A DNA stretch of 64,000 nt from Mucilaginibacter sp. (GCF_028287845.1 NZ_JAQBOW010000005.1:393-64392); one strand, 5' to 3'; positions 27,459 through 38,198 are shown, numbered from the stretch's first letter. Program-made: numbers and translations. Notes: generated by a model not told the origin, from the sequence alone.

Positions 27459-30344
27459 ATGAAGAAAATATTTACCCTAACTATTTTTATAGTATTGTCA
27501 TGCCAAATTTTCGGCCAGTCGAGCCAGGCCCGCAGGGTTGGCGGGGCCGGTACGGCAGCAGCAGTGCCACCTCCCGTAGCTTCACGCGAAGTAAGTGGTA
27601 TTATTAAAGATGAAAGCGGCCAAACTGTTATTGGCGCGTTAGTAACCTTAAAATCAAAAATGGATACCATCCGTACATCTACTAACGAGGACGGGGTGTT
27701 TATCATAAAAAATGTAAAATACAATGTTTTTAATATTACGGTATCAAGCATTGGCTCTGTAACTTTTATAAAAAAATTCAGTTATAGTGATGCCACAAAA
27801 AGATTGGTTTTAGACCCCATAATACTTAAAACCAAGACTAACGAGCTTAATGAGGTGAAAATTAACGGCACCCCAAGTGTAGTCTATAAAACAGACACGG
27901 TTGAATACAGGGCAAGCGACTATAAGGTTCATGAAAACGCCACCTTAGACGAACTGCTGAAAAAAATGGAAGGTATGGAGGTTGGCTCGGACGGTACATT
28001 AACCCACCAGGGGCAGCAGGTAATGAAAGCCAAACTCAACGGTAAAGAATTTGCGGGAGGTAGCGTGGCGCAGGCCATTCAGAATTTACCGGCTGATATA
28101 ATTGACAAAATACAGGTAGTTGATGATTATGGCGACATGGCCGCCAGAACAGGCGTTAAAGACGGTGACCCGCAAAAAGTATTGAATATTACAACAAAGG
28201 CCGACAAATCAGTAGGCACTACGGGCCGGGTGATAGTACAAGGAGGTAATGATGACCGATATAATGCACAGCTTTTTGTAGAGCGAATAAATGCCAACCA
28301 GGTGTTAGGCATAATTGGCAACATGAGAAACACTGTAAACGGTGTGGCTTCAACTGGTGTGCAGGGCGGCGCTACTAATGGCGGAGGCGGCGGCACAGGA
28401 GTTGGCGCGGGTGCCGCGAGTGGTGGCACCCCGGGTACCACCCAATCGGGGGCGCCTACATTCAATTATCGCGACCAATGGAGTAAAAAGGTACAGGTTA
28501 TATCAAGCTATGCCTATAGTTTTAATAATAATAACTCTATAAATAATCAATATGGACAGCAATATACCAACCTTGGCCCGGATAATTTTACCAATAATAA
28601 TACCAGTCAGCGTAATACTATAAGCCATACGGTGCGCTTTGAAATGGATGTTGAATTGGACAGCGCCAACTATTTGCAAATAAACCCTACTTTTGGGTAT
28701 ACCAATACATCTACTGCAACCAACATATCACAAGATGATGTAAAGGATTTTACCCCTCCAAATTTCGAGCATCTGCTGCAAACGGGTACAACAAACAATT
28801 TAAGTACTTCTACCAATTATGGACTTACCGCCCTTTTGGTGCACGTGTTTAAAAAACCTCATAGAAACTTTTCGGTGCAATTTAGTGTTACTCAAAACAA
28901 TAGCGTAGCAAATGGTGGTTCTGATAAGGATTACAAGAATTTTACTGACAGTACGCATAACACTGTGATAAAAGATTCTACAGCAAACGTATTAACCAAC
29001 CGAACCAATAAAAATACAGTTTACAGCACCCGAATAACTTATGTAGAGCCACTTAGCTCCATTTCTCAAATTGAATTCAGCGGAAATATAAACCAGTCTA
29101 CCAATAATTCTAAATCTATACAGGATACCGTACTGGCTAACGGTCAGTTAAAGGAACTTACCGCCCGAGACAATATCTACAATTATACAACCACGCAATC
29201 GCGCATTATGCTTAATTACCGGTATAACGGTACCAAAGTTAACTTAACACTTGGCGCCACCGCTATACCTTATGTTTTAAATGGTACTAAGGTTGACGAA
29301 ACTACCCTTCAAAACATATCAACAACGCGCTCCTACTTCCGGGTAATACCTTCATTCAGGTTTGCCTACTCGTGGTCGCAAACAGAAAGGTTTACCATAA
29401 CTTATTCAGGTACAAATACCGACCCCTCTTTCCAGGAAATTCAGCCGTTTACGGATAATTCGAATCCAAAAAATTTAATAGTGGGCAACCCTGACCTTGG
29501 CCCGGCATTTACCAATTCAATAAACGCCCAGTTTAATGATTATATAGCTAACTCTAAATTTAATTTATCATTTGGCATAAATGCAACCTCTGTCGATAAC
29601 CAGATAACCACCAATACCGTTCAATTACTGGTACCGCTTGTTGTAACCCCTACAAAAACCACTTATGAAAATATAAATGAGACCAATTATATTAACATGA
29701 ACGGGACACACGCCATAGTGGGCCGGTATAATATTTCCAAACAATCTGATGATCGTGAGTACAATTTCGCGTTAAACGGAAACATAACCTACAGTTATAG
29801 CCCTGCAATGAGTAATGATGCTATATACCATCAAACAGACTGGAGATTTGATGAGCGTTTTGGGCCCAGAATAAATCCGAATGAGAACATCGAATTTAAT
29901 CCGTATGTAGGATATGATATTGACAGAAATTTCACAACGCTGCTTGGCGCAAAACCAACTGTTTATAAAACAACCCTTTTAGCCGTTGACGGAAAGATGT
30001 ATTTTATTAAAACCTTCCAGGTAAACTATAGCGCTACAAAAAGCTTTGTTACCAGTTCAAGCGGCCTCACAACAAACCCTTTGGTTATTAATACGGGTTT
30101 TCAAAAGGAATTTCTAAAAAGAAAGAACCTGGTAATAACATTTGATGCTTATGACATCTTGCATCAAAACAAGTTTATACAGCAAACTGTAACACCAACC
30201 GGGGTAACCAATACATTGTCAAACAGCCTGAGCAGATATTTCATGGTTGGCTTACGCCTTAACCTGCAAAAATGGAGCGGTTCGCCACAACATAACGGAC
30301 GGGCAATGCAACGCAGAGGAGATGGTAGTTTTATTTATAACTAA
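27459..30344 (+). CDS. Outer-membrane beta-barrel protein (CarboxypepD_reg-like N-terminus, TonB-receptor-like plug, OMP barrel)
   Basis: 'LNEVKI', 'KTDTVEYRASDYKV..NATLDELLKKMEG', 'NLPADIIDKIQVVDDYGD', 'NPDLGPAFTN', 'DAYDILHQN', 'RYFMVGLRLNL'. Confidence 0.8.
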   Translation: MKKIFTLTIFIVLSCQIFGQSSQARRVGGAGTAAAVPPPVASREVSGIIKDESGQTVIGALVTLKSKMDTIRTSTNEDGVFIIKNVKYNVFNITVSSIGSVTFIKKFSYSDATKRLVLDPIILKTKTNELNEVKINGTPSVVYKTDTVEYRASDYKVHENATLDELLKKMEGMEVGSDGTLTHQGQQVMKAKLNGKEFAGGSVAQAIQNLPADIIDKIQVVDDYGDMAARTGVKDGDPQKVLNITTKADKSVGTTGRVIVQGGNDDRYNAQLFVERINANQVLGIIGNMRNTVNGVASTGVQGGATNGGGGGTGVGAGAASGGTPGTTQSGAPTFNYRDQWSKKVQVISSYAYSFNNNNSINNQYGQQYTNLGPDNFTNNNTSQRNTISHTVRFEMDVELDSANYLQINPTFGYTNTSTATNISQDDVKDFTPPNFEHLLQTGTTNNLSTSTNYGLTALLVHVFKKPHRNFSVQFSVTQNNSVANGGSDKDYKNFTDSTHNTVIKDSTANVLTNRTNKNTVYSTRITYVEPLSSISQIEFSGNINQSTNNSKSIQDTVLANGQLKELTARDNIYNYTTTQSRIMLNYRYNGTKVNLTLGATAIPYVLNGTKVDETTLQNISTTRSYFRVIPSFRFAYSWSQTERFTITYSGTNTDPSFQEIQPFTDNSNPKNLIVGNPDLGPAFTNSINAQFNDYIANSKFNLSFGINATSVDNQITTNTVQLLVPLVVTPTKTTYENINETNYINMNGTHAIVGRYNISKQSDDREYNFALNGNITYSYSPAMSNDAIYHQTDWRFDERFGPRINPNENIEFNPYVGYDIDRNFTTLLGAKPTVYKTTLLAVDGKMYFIKTFQVNYSATKSFVTSSSGLTTNPLVINTGFQKEFLKRKNLVITFDAYDILHQNKFIQQTVTPTGVTNTLSNSLSRYFMVGLRLNLQKWSGSPQHNGRAMQRRGDGSFIYN

Positions 30345-30356
30345 TTGCCGCTAAAC

Positions 30357-30390
30357 AGATTTACGAAGTTTATATAAACTTCGTAAATCT
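30357..30390. terminator. Perfect 34-bp palindrome between convergent genes, probable bidirectional terminator
   Basis: AGATTTACGAAGTTTATATAAACTTCGTAAATCT is its own reverse complement. Confidence 0.6.
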
Positions 30391-30401
30391 TAGTTACCAA
30401 A

Positions 30402-32006
30402 CTATTTAGTAAAGGTGATCTTAAAGTTTGAAAAACAAGCTTGTTCATCTGTTTTCCCGTATTGATGTAACCCCGGCCTGGCGCTCCTGTCCCATGCGGG
30501 TAATGATTTACCATCGTATAGTTGACTTGCAGGATTAAGCTCATTCCATGTACCTGCATCCCGCCTCCAGTAAAATTTAAAATTGGTTCTGTCCTGCACT
30601 GTCATTTTAAACCATACGTAACCACCTGCTTTTATATCGGCTGTACTCCATATTTTACGTTCTTTAGGTGTTACCTCCCATAGTTGTACGGTGCTGCCGG
30701 TTACACCGATACCGATAGCATGATTAACATCCCCATACAACACTAATCCTTTAAGTGATGAATTAGTATTTAATACCCGGGCCATAAATTCATAGGTGCC
30801 CGATTGTGGGCGTACTGTTAATGCCATACCTGTATGATTAACCGAGTCAACTTCTCCTGTTAAACATAATTCGCCCTTTTTAAATTTTATAATTGGCCGT
30901 GAATGCCTGTAATCCCATTGCCAAAAATCAGATAATACCGATTTGGTAAAATTATCAGTTAAGCCATTTTGTAAAACCTGTCGCGTGTCTTTTACAGGGA
31001 CTTCGGCATATATAGACGGACTGTTTCCATTTTTAAAATATGGCCAGCCGGTTTTACCATCCCATGCCAGTTCATCCAACATACCCTCTCTCCCGGTGAA
31101 AATATTATCTTTAACACTATAGGCATGATATAAAAAATAATACTTACCCGCCGGGGTTGTAGCAAATGTGCCATGACCAGGGCACTTCCATTTTTCGTTA
31201 GCCGTTAATATAGGATTACCTTCAAAATAAGTGTACGGACCCTCAAATGCAGTTGCCCTTGCTACCCTTACATTATAGCTGCACCGTAGGCCACAACAGC
31301 CACCTGCCGAATAGAACAGGTAATAATAGCCATCCTTTTTTATCATGCTTGCCCCTTCCATTAACTTATGCGCGTCATCGCGCAATAAAGTAAATGGCTT
31401 GCCTTCCATTTTTAAACCGTCGGCTGTTATTTTGCTTGCCAGTAATTCTATTGGGCGCTTATCCAGTCCATATGCTTTCCAGATAATGTATAGTTGCCCC
31501 TTGTCTTCAACAACAAACGGATCTATTGATTCTGTACCAAAATCAACAATAACACCATGATCTGTAAATCCTTTTTCCGGGTCGGTGGCTGTTGCCACGC
31601 CAATGCAGGCAACTTTATCGCTGGCCCGTTTGGCAACATAATACACATAGTAGGTTTTGTTGTGATAGAAAAGTTCGGGCGCCCAAAAAGATGACAAGGC
31701 CCAGCCGGGTTTGTTTTTAAAGATATACCCTTTCTGTTTCCAGTTGATCAAGTCCTTCGACACAAATAATGGGAAATGCGGTCCAAACTCTGATGATGTA
31801 CCCGAAGCATAATAAGTACTGCCTACGCGTATTACCGATGGGTCAGGAAAATCGCCCGGTACTACCGGATTAGCGTAGGTATTTTTTGTAGTATCGATTT
31901 TGGCTTTGTTTGATTTTTTTATTGGATGCGCAGGGCTTATCCATAGTAAAACAGGGATAAACAGTACCAAAATACTTTTTGAAATAACAGAGGATACACC
32001 AATCAT
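30402..32006 (-). CDS. GH43 glycoside hydrolase with C-terminal ConA-like domain
   Basis: 'NPVVPGDFPDPSVIRVG', 'FWAPEL', 'ESIDPF', 'LMEGA', 'CPGHG'. Confidence 0.9.
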   Translation of the reverse strand: MIGVSSVISKSILVLFIPVLLWISPAHPIKKSNKAKIDTTKNTYANPVVPGDFPDPSVIRVGSTYYASGTSSEFGPHFPLFVSKDLINWKQKGYIFKNKPGWALSSFWAPELFYHNKTYYVYYVAKRASDKVACIGVATATDPEKGFTDHGVIVDFGTESIDPFVVEDKGQLYIIWKAYGLDKRPIELLASKITADGLKMEGKPFTLLRDDAHKLMEGASMIKKDGYYYLFYSAGGCCGLRCSYNVRVARATAFEGPYTYFEGNPILTANEKWKCPGHGTFATTPAGKYYFLYHAYSVKDNIFTGREGMLDELAWDGKTGWPYFKNGNSPSIYAEVPVKDTRQVLQNGLTDNFTKSVLSDFWQWDYRHSRPIIKFKKGELCLTGEVDSVNHTGMALTVRPQSGTYEFMARVLNTNSSLKGLVLYGDVNHAIGIGVTGSTVQLWEVTPKERKIWSTADIKAGGYVWFKMTVQDRTNFKFYWRRDAGTWNELNPASQLYDGKSLPAWDRSARPGLHQYGKTDEQACFSNFKITFTK

Positions 32007-32013
32007 AGTTATA

Positions 32014-33183
32014 CTATTTACGTACCGAAAACTTATAATATGATGATGTTTTATAAACTTGTCCCGGTTTTAAAGTTGTTGATGGAAATGATGGCTGATT
32101 TGGAGAATCAGGAAAATGCTGGGTTTCCATCGCAAACGCGGTTCTAAAATCGTCTTTAGCGCCGCCTTTAAAGGTGTTCTTACCTTGCATAAAATTACCG
32201 CTGTAAAATTGCAGGCCCGGCTCCCGGGTATAAATATCCATTATAACACCACTTTTATCGCCTATAACAGTTGCCGCGTTTACAAACTTATCAGCAGCAG
32301 CACCTGTTAACACAAAATTATGATCATATCCATTACCATTTTTTAGTTGCTGATTTTTTTGAGTGATGCGCAATCCAATAGCAGTGGGCTTGTTAAAATC
32401 AAAGGGCGTACCAGCAACAAGTACTAATTTTCCGGTAGGAATCAACGTAGAATCAACCGGTATGTACTTATCAGCGTTTATTTGTACAACATGATTAAGT
32501 ATGGTACCACTACCCTCTCCATTCAAATTAAAAAATGCATGATTAGTTAAATTTACTACCGTAGTTTTATCCGTAGTAGCCTCATAGTCCATATGTAATT
32601 CATTGTCATCATTTAGGGTGTAGGTAACTTTCACCTTAACATTCCCGGGGAAGCCGCCTTCCATATCAGGCGATAAATAGCTCAATTGCAAGGTATGCTC
32701 ATCAGGCTGTACCGCATCAAAAACCACATTCTGATAGCCTGATTTGCCCCCGTGAAGCGTGTTAACACCGTTATTAATTGTAAGCGTAACCTGTTTACCA
32801 TCAAGCATGAATTTACCTTTAGCTATACGGTTACCGTAACGGCCAATGGTAGCACCAAAATAGGGTTCGGTAGCGTTTTTATAATCGGTTACGCTTTTAA
32901 AACCAACTACCACATCAGTTAGTTTACCATTTTTATCGGGCACCAATAAACTTACTAACCTGCCACCATAATTGGTAAAAGCCGCTTGTAAATGGTTCTT
33001 ATTTTTGAGGATATAAAGACTCGTTTTTTTACTATTAATTGTTGTATCAAACGCGGTTTTTGAAAGCGTATCTGTTTTACTGGTTTTAGTACTATCCGCT
33101 GTTTGTTTATGGGTTGATGAATTGCACGCTGCCAGCAATAGCAAACAAGCAGGCAACAGGCCGATGGCTGATTTTAGTTTCAT
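32014..33183 (-). CDS. galM: Aldose 1-epimerase (mutarotase), lipoprotein-type N-terminus
   Basis: 'YFGATIGRYGNRIAKG', 'NTLHGG', 'GFPGN', 'VVNLTNHAFFNL', 'GYDHNF', 'PGLQFYSGN', 'ETQHFPDSPN'. Confidence 0.93.
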   Translation of the reverse strand: MKLKSAIGLLPACLLLLAACNSSTHKQTADSTKTSKTDTLSKTAFDTTINSKKTSLYILKNKNHLQAAFTNYGGRLVSLLVPDKNGKLTDVVVGFKSVTDYKNATEPYFGATIGRYGNRIAKGKFMLDGKQVTLTINNGVNTLHGGKSGYQNVVFDAVQPDEHTLQLSYLSPDMEGGFPGNVKVKVTYTLNDDNELHMDYEATTDKTTVVNLTNHAFFNLNGEGSGTILNHVVQINADKYIPVDSTLIPTGKLVLVAGTPFDFNKPTAIGLRITQKNQQLKNGNGYDHNFVLTGAAADKFVNAATVIGDKSGVIMDIYTREPGLQFYSGNFMQGKNTFKGGAKDDFRTAFAMETQHFPDSPNQPSFPSTTLKPGQVYKTSSYYKFSVRK

Positions 33184-33261
33184 AATTTAAGCTTAATAAA
33201 TATATTCTAGCCTCCGGGAGGCTGTATTAAAAGTCATTAACAATACTATATGCTGCTCTTC

Positions 33262-33468
33262 TGTTTCATCAAAAAAAAAGTGTTTCACCCTAAATTTGCA
33301 AAAATCGATAAAATAGCATAAAATTCTTATTACAAGCAATTAACACTACTTTACCTAAAGCTTTTGTACTGTTTCAAAGTGTTTCACTCATTTTATCAAA
33401 TTACTATATATCAATAAGTTAACCCAAAAGAGTGTTTCATGTGTTTCATATTTTTGTGAAACACCCCA
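33262..33468 (-). repeat. Dispersed ~200-bp element with arrayed TGAAACA heptamers (copy A)
   Basis: TGTTTCA at 33262, 33281, 33370, 33380, 33433, 33442 and inverted TGAAACA at 33457. Confidence 0.6.
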
Positions 33469-33476
33469 TAGCCGTA

Positions 33477-35804
33477 TTATGGACGATTAGCCGCTTCCGT
33501 TCCAAAATTATAATTAGGCTTACTACCCATCGTCATAATCATTGTACCACCCTGCATCATTTGTTTATGGGTGATAAAGCTGTTTTTATAATTCTTACCA
33601 TTAAGGCTAATGCTTTGAATGTAAATGTTTTTATCGCTGTTATTAACGGCCTGTACAGTAAATGGTTTACCAGAGGTAGTTTGGATAGTTGCTTTGTTAA
33701 CCACCGGGCTGCCAATAACATATTGGCCTGATGCCGGGAACACCGGGTAAAAGCCCATTGATGAAAACACATACCAAGCCGACATTTGCCCGCAATCTTC
33801 ATTACCAATAATTCCGTCGGTATTGTCAGGATAAAAATTCTTGGTGATATAACGCGATTTTTCTGCGGTTTTCCATTGCTCGCCGCTAAAGTCATAAAGA
33901 TAAATTGTAGCGTGGCTTGGCTCGTCGCCATGTGCGTACTGGCCTATTTCGCCTGTAAGATCAGCTAATACGCCTTCTGATGCCGGGGCCTTAGCAACAA
34001 AAAGACTATCAAGCTTATTATTAAATTTCTTATCGCCGCCCAAAAGTGAGATCAGCCCTTTTACATCCTGTGGCACCAGCCAAAGGTATTGCCAGCCATT
34101 ACCTTCTGAATAAAGGTTATTTTTGGTACTGGTTGGCGAATAATTAGCTACAAACTGGCCATTGGCCAATTTGCCTTTAAAAAAGCCGTCCGCAGGATCA
34201 TAATATTGTTTATACTCCTGTGCCCTTTTGGCGAAATAGTCGTAATCATCCATTTTGCCCATTTGTTTTGCCATTAAAGCCGTGCTACCATCGCTAACCC
34301 CATACTCAAGCGCCGAGGCAACAGGGGCCTTTCCCCCTTTTGCATCCGACGGTATATACTTAAAGTCTTTCACATAATTAAGACCCCTAAAATCCTGACT
34401 GGCCGTACCTTTGATAGCATTATACGCCCTTTGCGCGTCAAAACCTTTAATGCCTTTCAGGTAAGCTTCGGCAATTACCTGCATGCTGCTTATACCCACC
34501 ATAGTGCCCGTTTCATTTCCATCCAGGTGCCATATAGGTAATTTACCCTGCTGATCATAAATAGCCAGCATGGTGTTGATCATATCAGCGGTTCTTTTAG
34601 GTTGTGTTAAAATGTAAAGAGGATTTGCCGCACGATAAGTGTCCCACAAAGAAAATATGGAGTAGTTGGTAAAAGGAACGTTTGTATATACTTTTTTATC
34701 GGTACCACGGTAGTCGCCGTTATGGTCATTGAACATAGCCGGATCAATCATCGTATGAAATAAAGAGGTATAGAATATCCGCTTATCTGATAAGCTCCTG
34801 GTTTCAACACTCAGGGTTGATAGTTCTTTGTTCCATTTGGCATCTGCTTGTTTTACTACACTTTCAAAATCCCAGCCGGGTATCTCGGCTTTAATATTAT
34901 CCAACGCGTTCTCCGGACTAACAGGTGATATACCAACCTTTAACATCACGGTTGATGGCGCCTTATCAAAGCTTATTAAGCCTTTTATTGCATCGGCTGT
35001 ACCGTCTGTACCTTCCATTAATTGGGTATCATTATATACATTGAACTTGGTAAGCGGCACTGATGATTTGATGGCAAAAAATATCCACCTGTCTTTAGCC
35101 CAGCCTTTTGATTTGCGGCGGCCCACTAATGTATATGGATCTAACTGTTTAATATTACAATCGAAAGATTTAGAGTTAATGCCTGTTTTCAAATCAATTA
35201 TAATATGCCCTTCTTTTCCTGCCGGGAAATGGTAGCGGTGAAAAGCTACCCTTTCGGTTGCGGTAAGCTCCACATCAACACCATAATTTAGCAGTTTTAC
35301 CGAATAATAGCCGGGTTTTACTTTTTCTGATTGATGCGAGTAACGTGATGAATAAGAATCGTCGGTTACCTGCTCCACGCCTGCCGTTCCGTTTACTACT
35401 ACCATGTTGGCAGTTGCGGGCGTTTTCACTACGTTTATGCCTTCACTCAGACGCACGCGACCGGTATAAGGCATAATCAATATATCAGCCAGGTCACCAA
35501 TACCTGTACCGCTAAGGTGGGTTTGGGCAAAGCCTATCATCAGGCTATCGGCATAGTTATAACCCGAACACCAGTCCCAGCCTTTATAATGATTATCCGG
35601 ACCAACCTGTACAGCGCCAAAAGGCACACTGGCGCCCACAAATACATGACCGTGGCCACCTGCGCCTATCATAGGGTCGACAAACGAGGTTAAGGCTGGA
35701 ACTGACTTTGCCTTTTTTTGCGCATCTGCAATATTTAAATTGATAAACAGCATTATGCAAATACTTAAAATGCTGAAGGCAATTTGTTTTATTAAAAGTT
35801 TCAT
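33477..35804 (-). CDS. GH92 alpha-mannosidase
   Basis: 'FVDPMIGAGGHGHVFVGASVPFG', 'FSLWDTYRA', 'YSEGNGWQYLW', 'YAHGDEPSH', 'GNEDCGQMSAWYVFSSMGFYPV'. Confidence 0.93.
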   Translation of the reverse strand: MKLLIKQIAFSILSICIMLFINLNIADAQKKAKSVPALTSFVDPMIGAGGHGHVFVGASVPFGAVQVGPDNHYKGWDWCSGYNYADSLMIGFAQTHLSGTGIGDLADILIMPYTGRVRLSEGINVVKTPATANMVVVNGTAGVEQVTDDSYSSRYSHQSEKVKPGYYSVKLLNYGVDVELTATERVAFHRYHFPAGKEGHIIIDLKTGINSKSFDCNIKQLDPYTLVGRRKSKGWAKDRWIFFAIKSSVPLTKFNVYNDTQLMEGTDGTADAIKGLISFDKAPSTVMLKVGISPVSPENALDNIKAEIPGWDFESVVKQADAKWNKELSTLSVETRSLSDKRIFYTSLFHTMIDPAMFNDHNGDYRGTDKKVYTNVPFTNYSIFSLWDTYRAANPLYILTQPKRTADMINTMLAIYDQQGKLPIWHLDGNETGTMVGISSMQVIAEAYLKGIKGFDAQRAYNAIKGTASQDFRGLNYVKDFKYIPSDAKGGKAPVASALEYGVSDGSTALMAKQMGKMDDYDYFAKRAQEYKQYYDPADGFFKGKLANGQFVANYSPTSTKNNLYSEGNGWQYLWLVPQDVKGLISLLGGDKKFNNKLDSLFVAKAPASEGVLADLTGEIGQYAHGDEPSHATIYLYDFSGEQWKTAEKSRYITKNFYPDNTDGIIGNEDCGQMSAWYVFSSMGFYPVFPASGQYVIGSPVVNKATIQTTSGKPFTVQAVNNSDKNIYIQSISLNGKNYKNSFITHKQMMQGGTMIMTMGSKPNYNFGTEAANRP

Positions 35805-35836
35805 GTTTTGGTTTATTATAATTGGTTATAGTTAGT

Positions 35837-36622
35837 TTATTTTTTCGTTTGTTTTTTAAGCCATACGGTTAGCTCCCTTGCTGCAATATCGTTTTGATAT
35901 ATTGCCGGCAACCGCCCGTTCACATATTCATTATACAACCACGGGTCGCCAACGGCAAATACTGCACCCTTGCCATACTTTACGGTCGCGGCTATTACAG
36001 AAGCTCCATCAGCCGATTTGAAAACGGCTTTTGCTGCCGGATCATTTAAACTAATACTGCATACATCTTTCAAAAATATCTTCGGATTTGATTTAAATAT
36101 CGCGTTATCAACATACACGGCTTCGCCATCCTTGAAATGATTATCATCAATAACATGGTTTGGCAAATCGTTATTAAAATGAAGGCCAAACTTTGCGGCC
36201 AGGGTATTAAAATGCGGTAATTCTACGTTGGCACTGTCATTCGCCATTAAAACCAATACGCCCCCTGCTTTTACCCAAAGCGCAATTTGCTCTACATCAT
36301 TTGCCTGAATATAGTTGGGATTGGCTGTTTCCTTTTTAGTGTCAGGATCAACAATAATATAAATACTGCTGTTGCGCAGGTTTGCCAAAGTTGGTGCTTT
36401 ATCCAGCGTGTCCAACACAAAACCATTTGCTTTAAAAATTGCGCCCCATATAGAAAAGCCTGTATTTTGCTCATCGTCCCATAAGTAATGGAAGCGTTTT
36501 ACACCATCTTTGGTTTTGTGGGTTTCGTGGTTAAAGTAATAATCAAGCGTTACGATTTGCGCATGGGCAGCCGGTGTAATTTTTAATAAAATTATTAGCG
36601 CGCAAACAAAAAATCTATTCAT
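35837..36622 (-). CDS. Exported DUF4350-like (class I glutamine amidotransferase-like fold) protein
   Basis: 'VTLDYYFNHE', 'FHYLWDD..NTGFS', 'IYIIVDPDT.KE', 'WVKAGGVLVLMAND', 'GKGAVFAVGDPWLYNEY'. Confidence 0.7.
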   Translation of the reverse strand: MNRFFVCALIILLKITPAAHAQIVTLDYYFNHETHKTKDGVKRFHYLWDDEQNTGFSIWGAIFKANGFVLDTLDKAPTLANLRNSSIYIIVDPDTKKETANPNYIQANDVEQIALWVKAGGVLVLMANDSANVELPHFNTLAAKFGLHFNNDLPNHVIDDNHFKDGEAVYVDNAIFKSNPKIFLKDVCSISLNDPAAKAVFKSADGASVIAATVKYGKGAVFAVGDPWLYNEYVNGRLPAIYQNDIAARELTVWLKKQTKK

Positions 36623-36826
36623 AATAATTGATTAACTATTATTTAAACGATTAATAAAAGGGTTATAATTTGGCTGATAACCATGCCGGTTATCTATTTA
36701 TCAAAACTATCAGGATTAGTTCGTTTTTTACTATTCGATATGATTTTATTTACGAAATCGTTATCGGGTATCACCCTCAATCAATAAGCAAAAACCTTTT
36801 GATTATTAATATATTAAACGATTATA

Positions 36827-37858
36827 TTATTTTTTTCCGGTAGAATCCCGTAAAAAAAGCTGTGTAGGTAACACAATTGTTTCAAAATCAGTAACAGTTT
36901 GCTTAGTTTTAATTAAGCTGATAAGCATTTTAGTGGCTTCCTGCCCCATTTCAAAACCGGGCTGGTAAACGGTAGATAACGAAGGATTTAAAACATCGGC
37001 AAGTACGGTATTGGTAAAGCCAAGCAGAGCAATATCCTGCGGAATTTTTATTTTTAGCTGGTGCAGCAAACCTAAGGTTACCGTTGTTATCCTGTCAAAT
37101 GCGGTAAATATTGCATCTGGTTTTACAGGGTTGGTTAACAGCTCGTTCAGTATACCTTTAATTTCGTTTTGATCCCTGCCGCCAAGCTCACAATATTTAA
37201 TAAGTTGCTCATTTATGAGGATACCATTATCGGTTAATGCCTGTGTGTAACCTGATAATCTTTCGCGGGTAACATAAGTATTGGCGGTACTGGTAATATG
37301 TGCAATATTTTTATAACCTGATTTAATTAAATGAACAGTAGCCTCATAAGCGCCTTTAAAATTATCTACAATAACCTTGTGCGTATCCATCTCATCACTC
37401 ACCCTGTCAAAAAACACAATAGGCAGTCCCTGTTCTTGTAGCTTTTGTAAATGCTCAATGTTTTGGGTTTCTGTTGATAAGGATATAAGCAAACCATCAA
37501 CCGACCGGTGCGCCAGGTGGGTTACATTTTTAACCTCCAGATCATAAGATTCATGGGTTTGAGTAAAAATAACATTGTAGCCTTCCTGGTAAGCAATAGA
37601 TTCGATGCCGTTTATTACCTGCGAAAAAAAGTGATTATCTATATTTGCAACAACAATACCAATGGAATTACTGTGCCCATGTTTTAAACTTTGGGCAATC
37701 AGATTAGGGCGATAATTGTTTGCCTGCGCGTATTCAAGAACCAGCTTTTTGGTTTTTTCGCTAATCTCATAGCTATTACTTAATGCCTTTGATACCGTAG
37801 ATGCTGAAAGATTCAGCGCCTTTGCAATATCATTCATTGTAATAGCTTTAAAATTCAT
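36827..37858 (-). CDS. LacI-family transcriptional regulator
   Basis: 'ITMNDIAKALNLSASTVSKALS', 'YRPNLIAQSL', 'PIVFFDR', 'PSLSTVYQP'. Confidence 0.95.
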   Translation of the reverse strand: MNFKAITMNDIAKALNLSASTVSKALSNSYEISEKTKKLVLEYAQANNYRPNLIAQSLKHGHSNSIGIVVANIDNHFFSQVINGIESIAYQEGYNVIFTQTHESYDLEVKNVTHLAHRSVDGLLISLSTETQNIEHLQKLQEQGLPIVFFDRVSDEMDTHKVIVDNFKGAYEATVHLIKSGYKNIAHITSTANTYVTRERLSGYTQALTDNGILINEQLIKYCELGGRDQNEIKGILNELLTNPVKPDAIFTAFDRITTVTLGLLHQLKIKIPQDIALLGFTNTVLADVLNPSLSTVYQPGFEMGQEATKMLISLIKTKQTVTDFETIVLPTQLFLRDSTGKK

Positions 37859-37938
37859 AGAGGATTTGAATTATACAAATAATACCTGCTAAAATACAAA
37901 TTTAAATTTTGATGAGATACGACCTGGTATAATTACCG

Positions 37939-38154
37939 GGGCAAACGCATTAAAATAACTCAAGGAGGCTCCAATAGGAGCCAAAAAGAATTTGTCTTGT
38001 CTCGCTATAAACAGGGAGCTCCTCCGGAGCCAATATTTGCTGAAACAAAGCGGACACTTGACTCCGTAGGACCTGTTTATAAAAATAAGCTGTAAAGTTA
38101 AAAAGGCTCCCATGGGAGCCCCCTAACGGTATGTATTACTTAATGCGTTTGCCC
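37939..38154. mobile_element. Second TIR-bounded REP cassette, 216 bp
   Basis: Perfect 15-bp IR GGGCAAACGCATTAA (37939-37953) / TTAATGCGTTTGCCC (38140-38154). Internal palindromes GGCTCC-AATA-GGAGCC, GGCTCC-CATG-GGAGCC and TATAAACAGG/CCTGTTTATA. Confidence 0.6.
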
Positions 38155-38198
38155 GAATTAAGGGCCGTCAAATTATAAGTTTATATTTATAACAGCTA

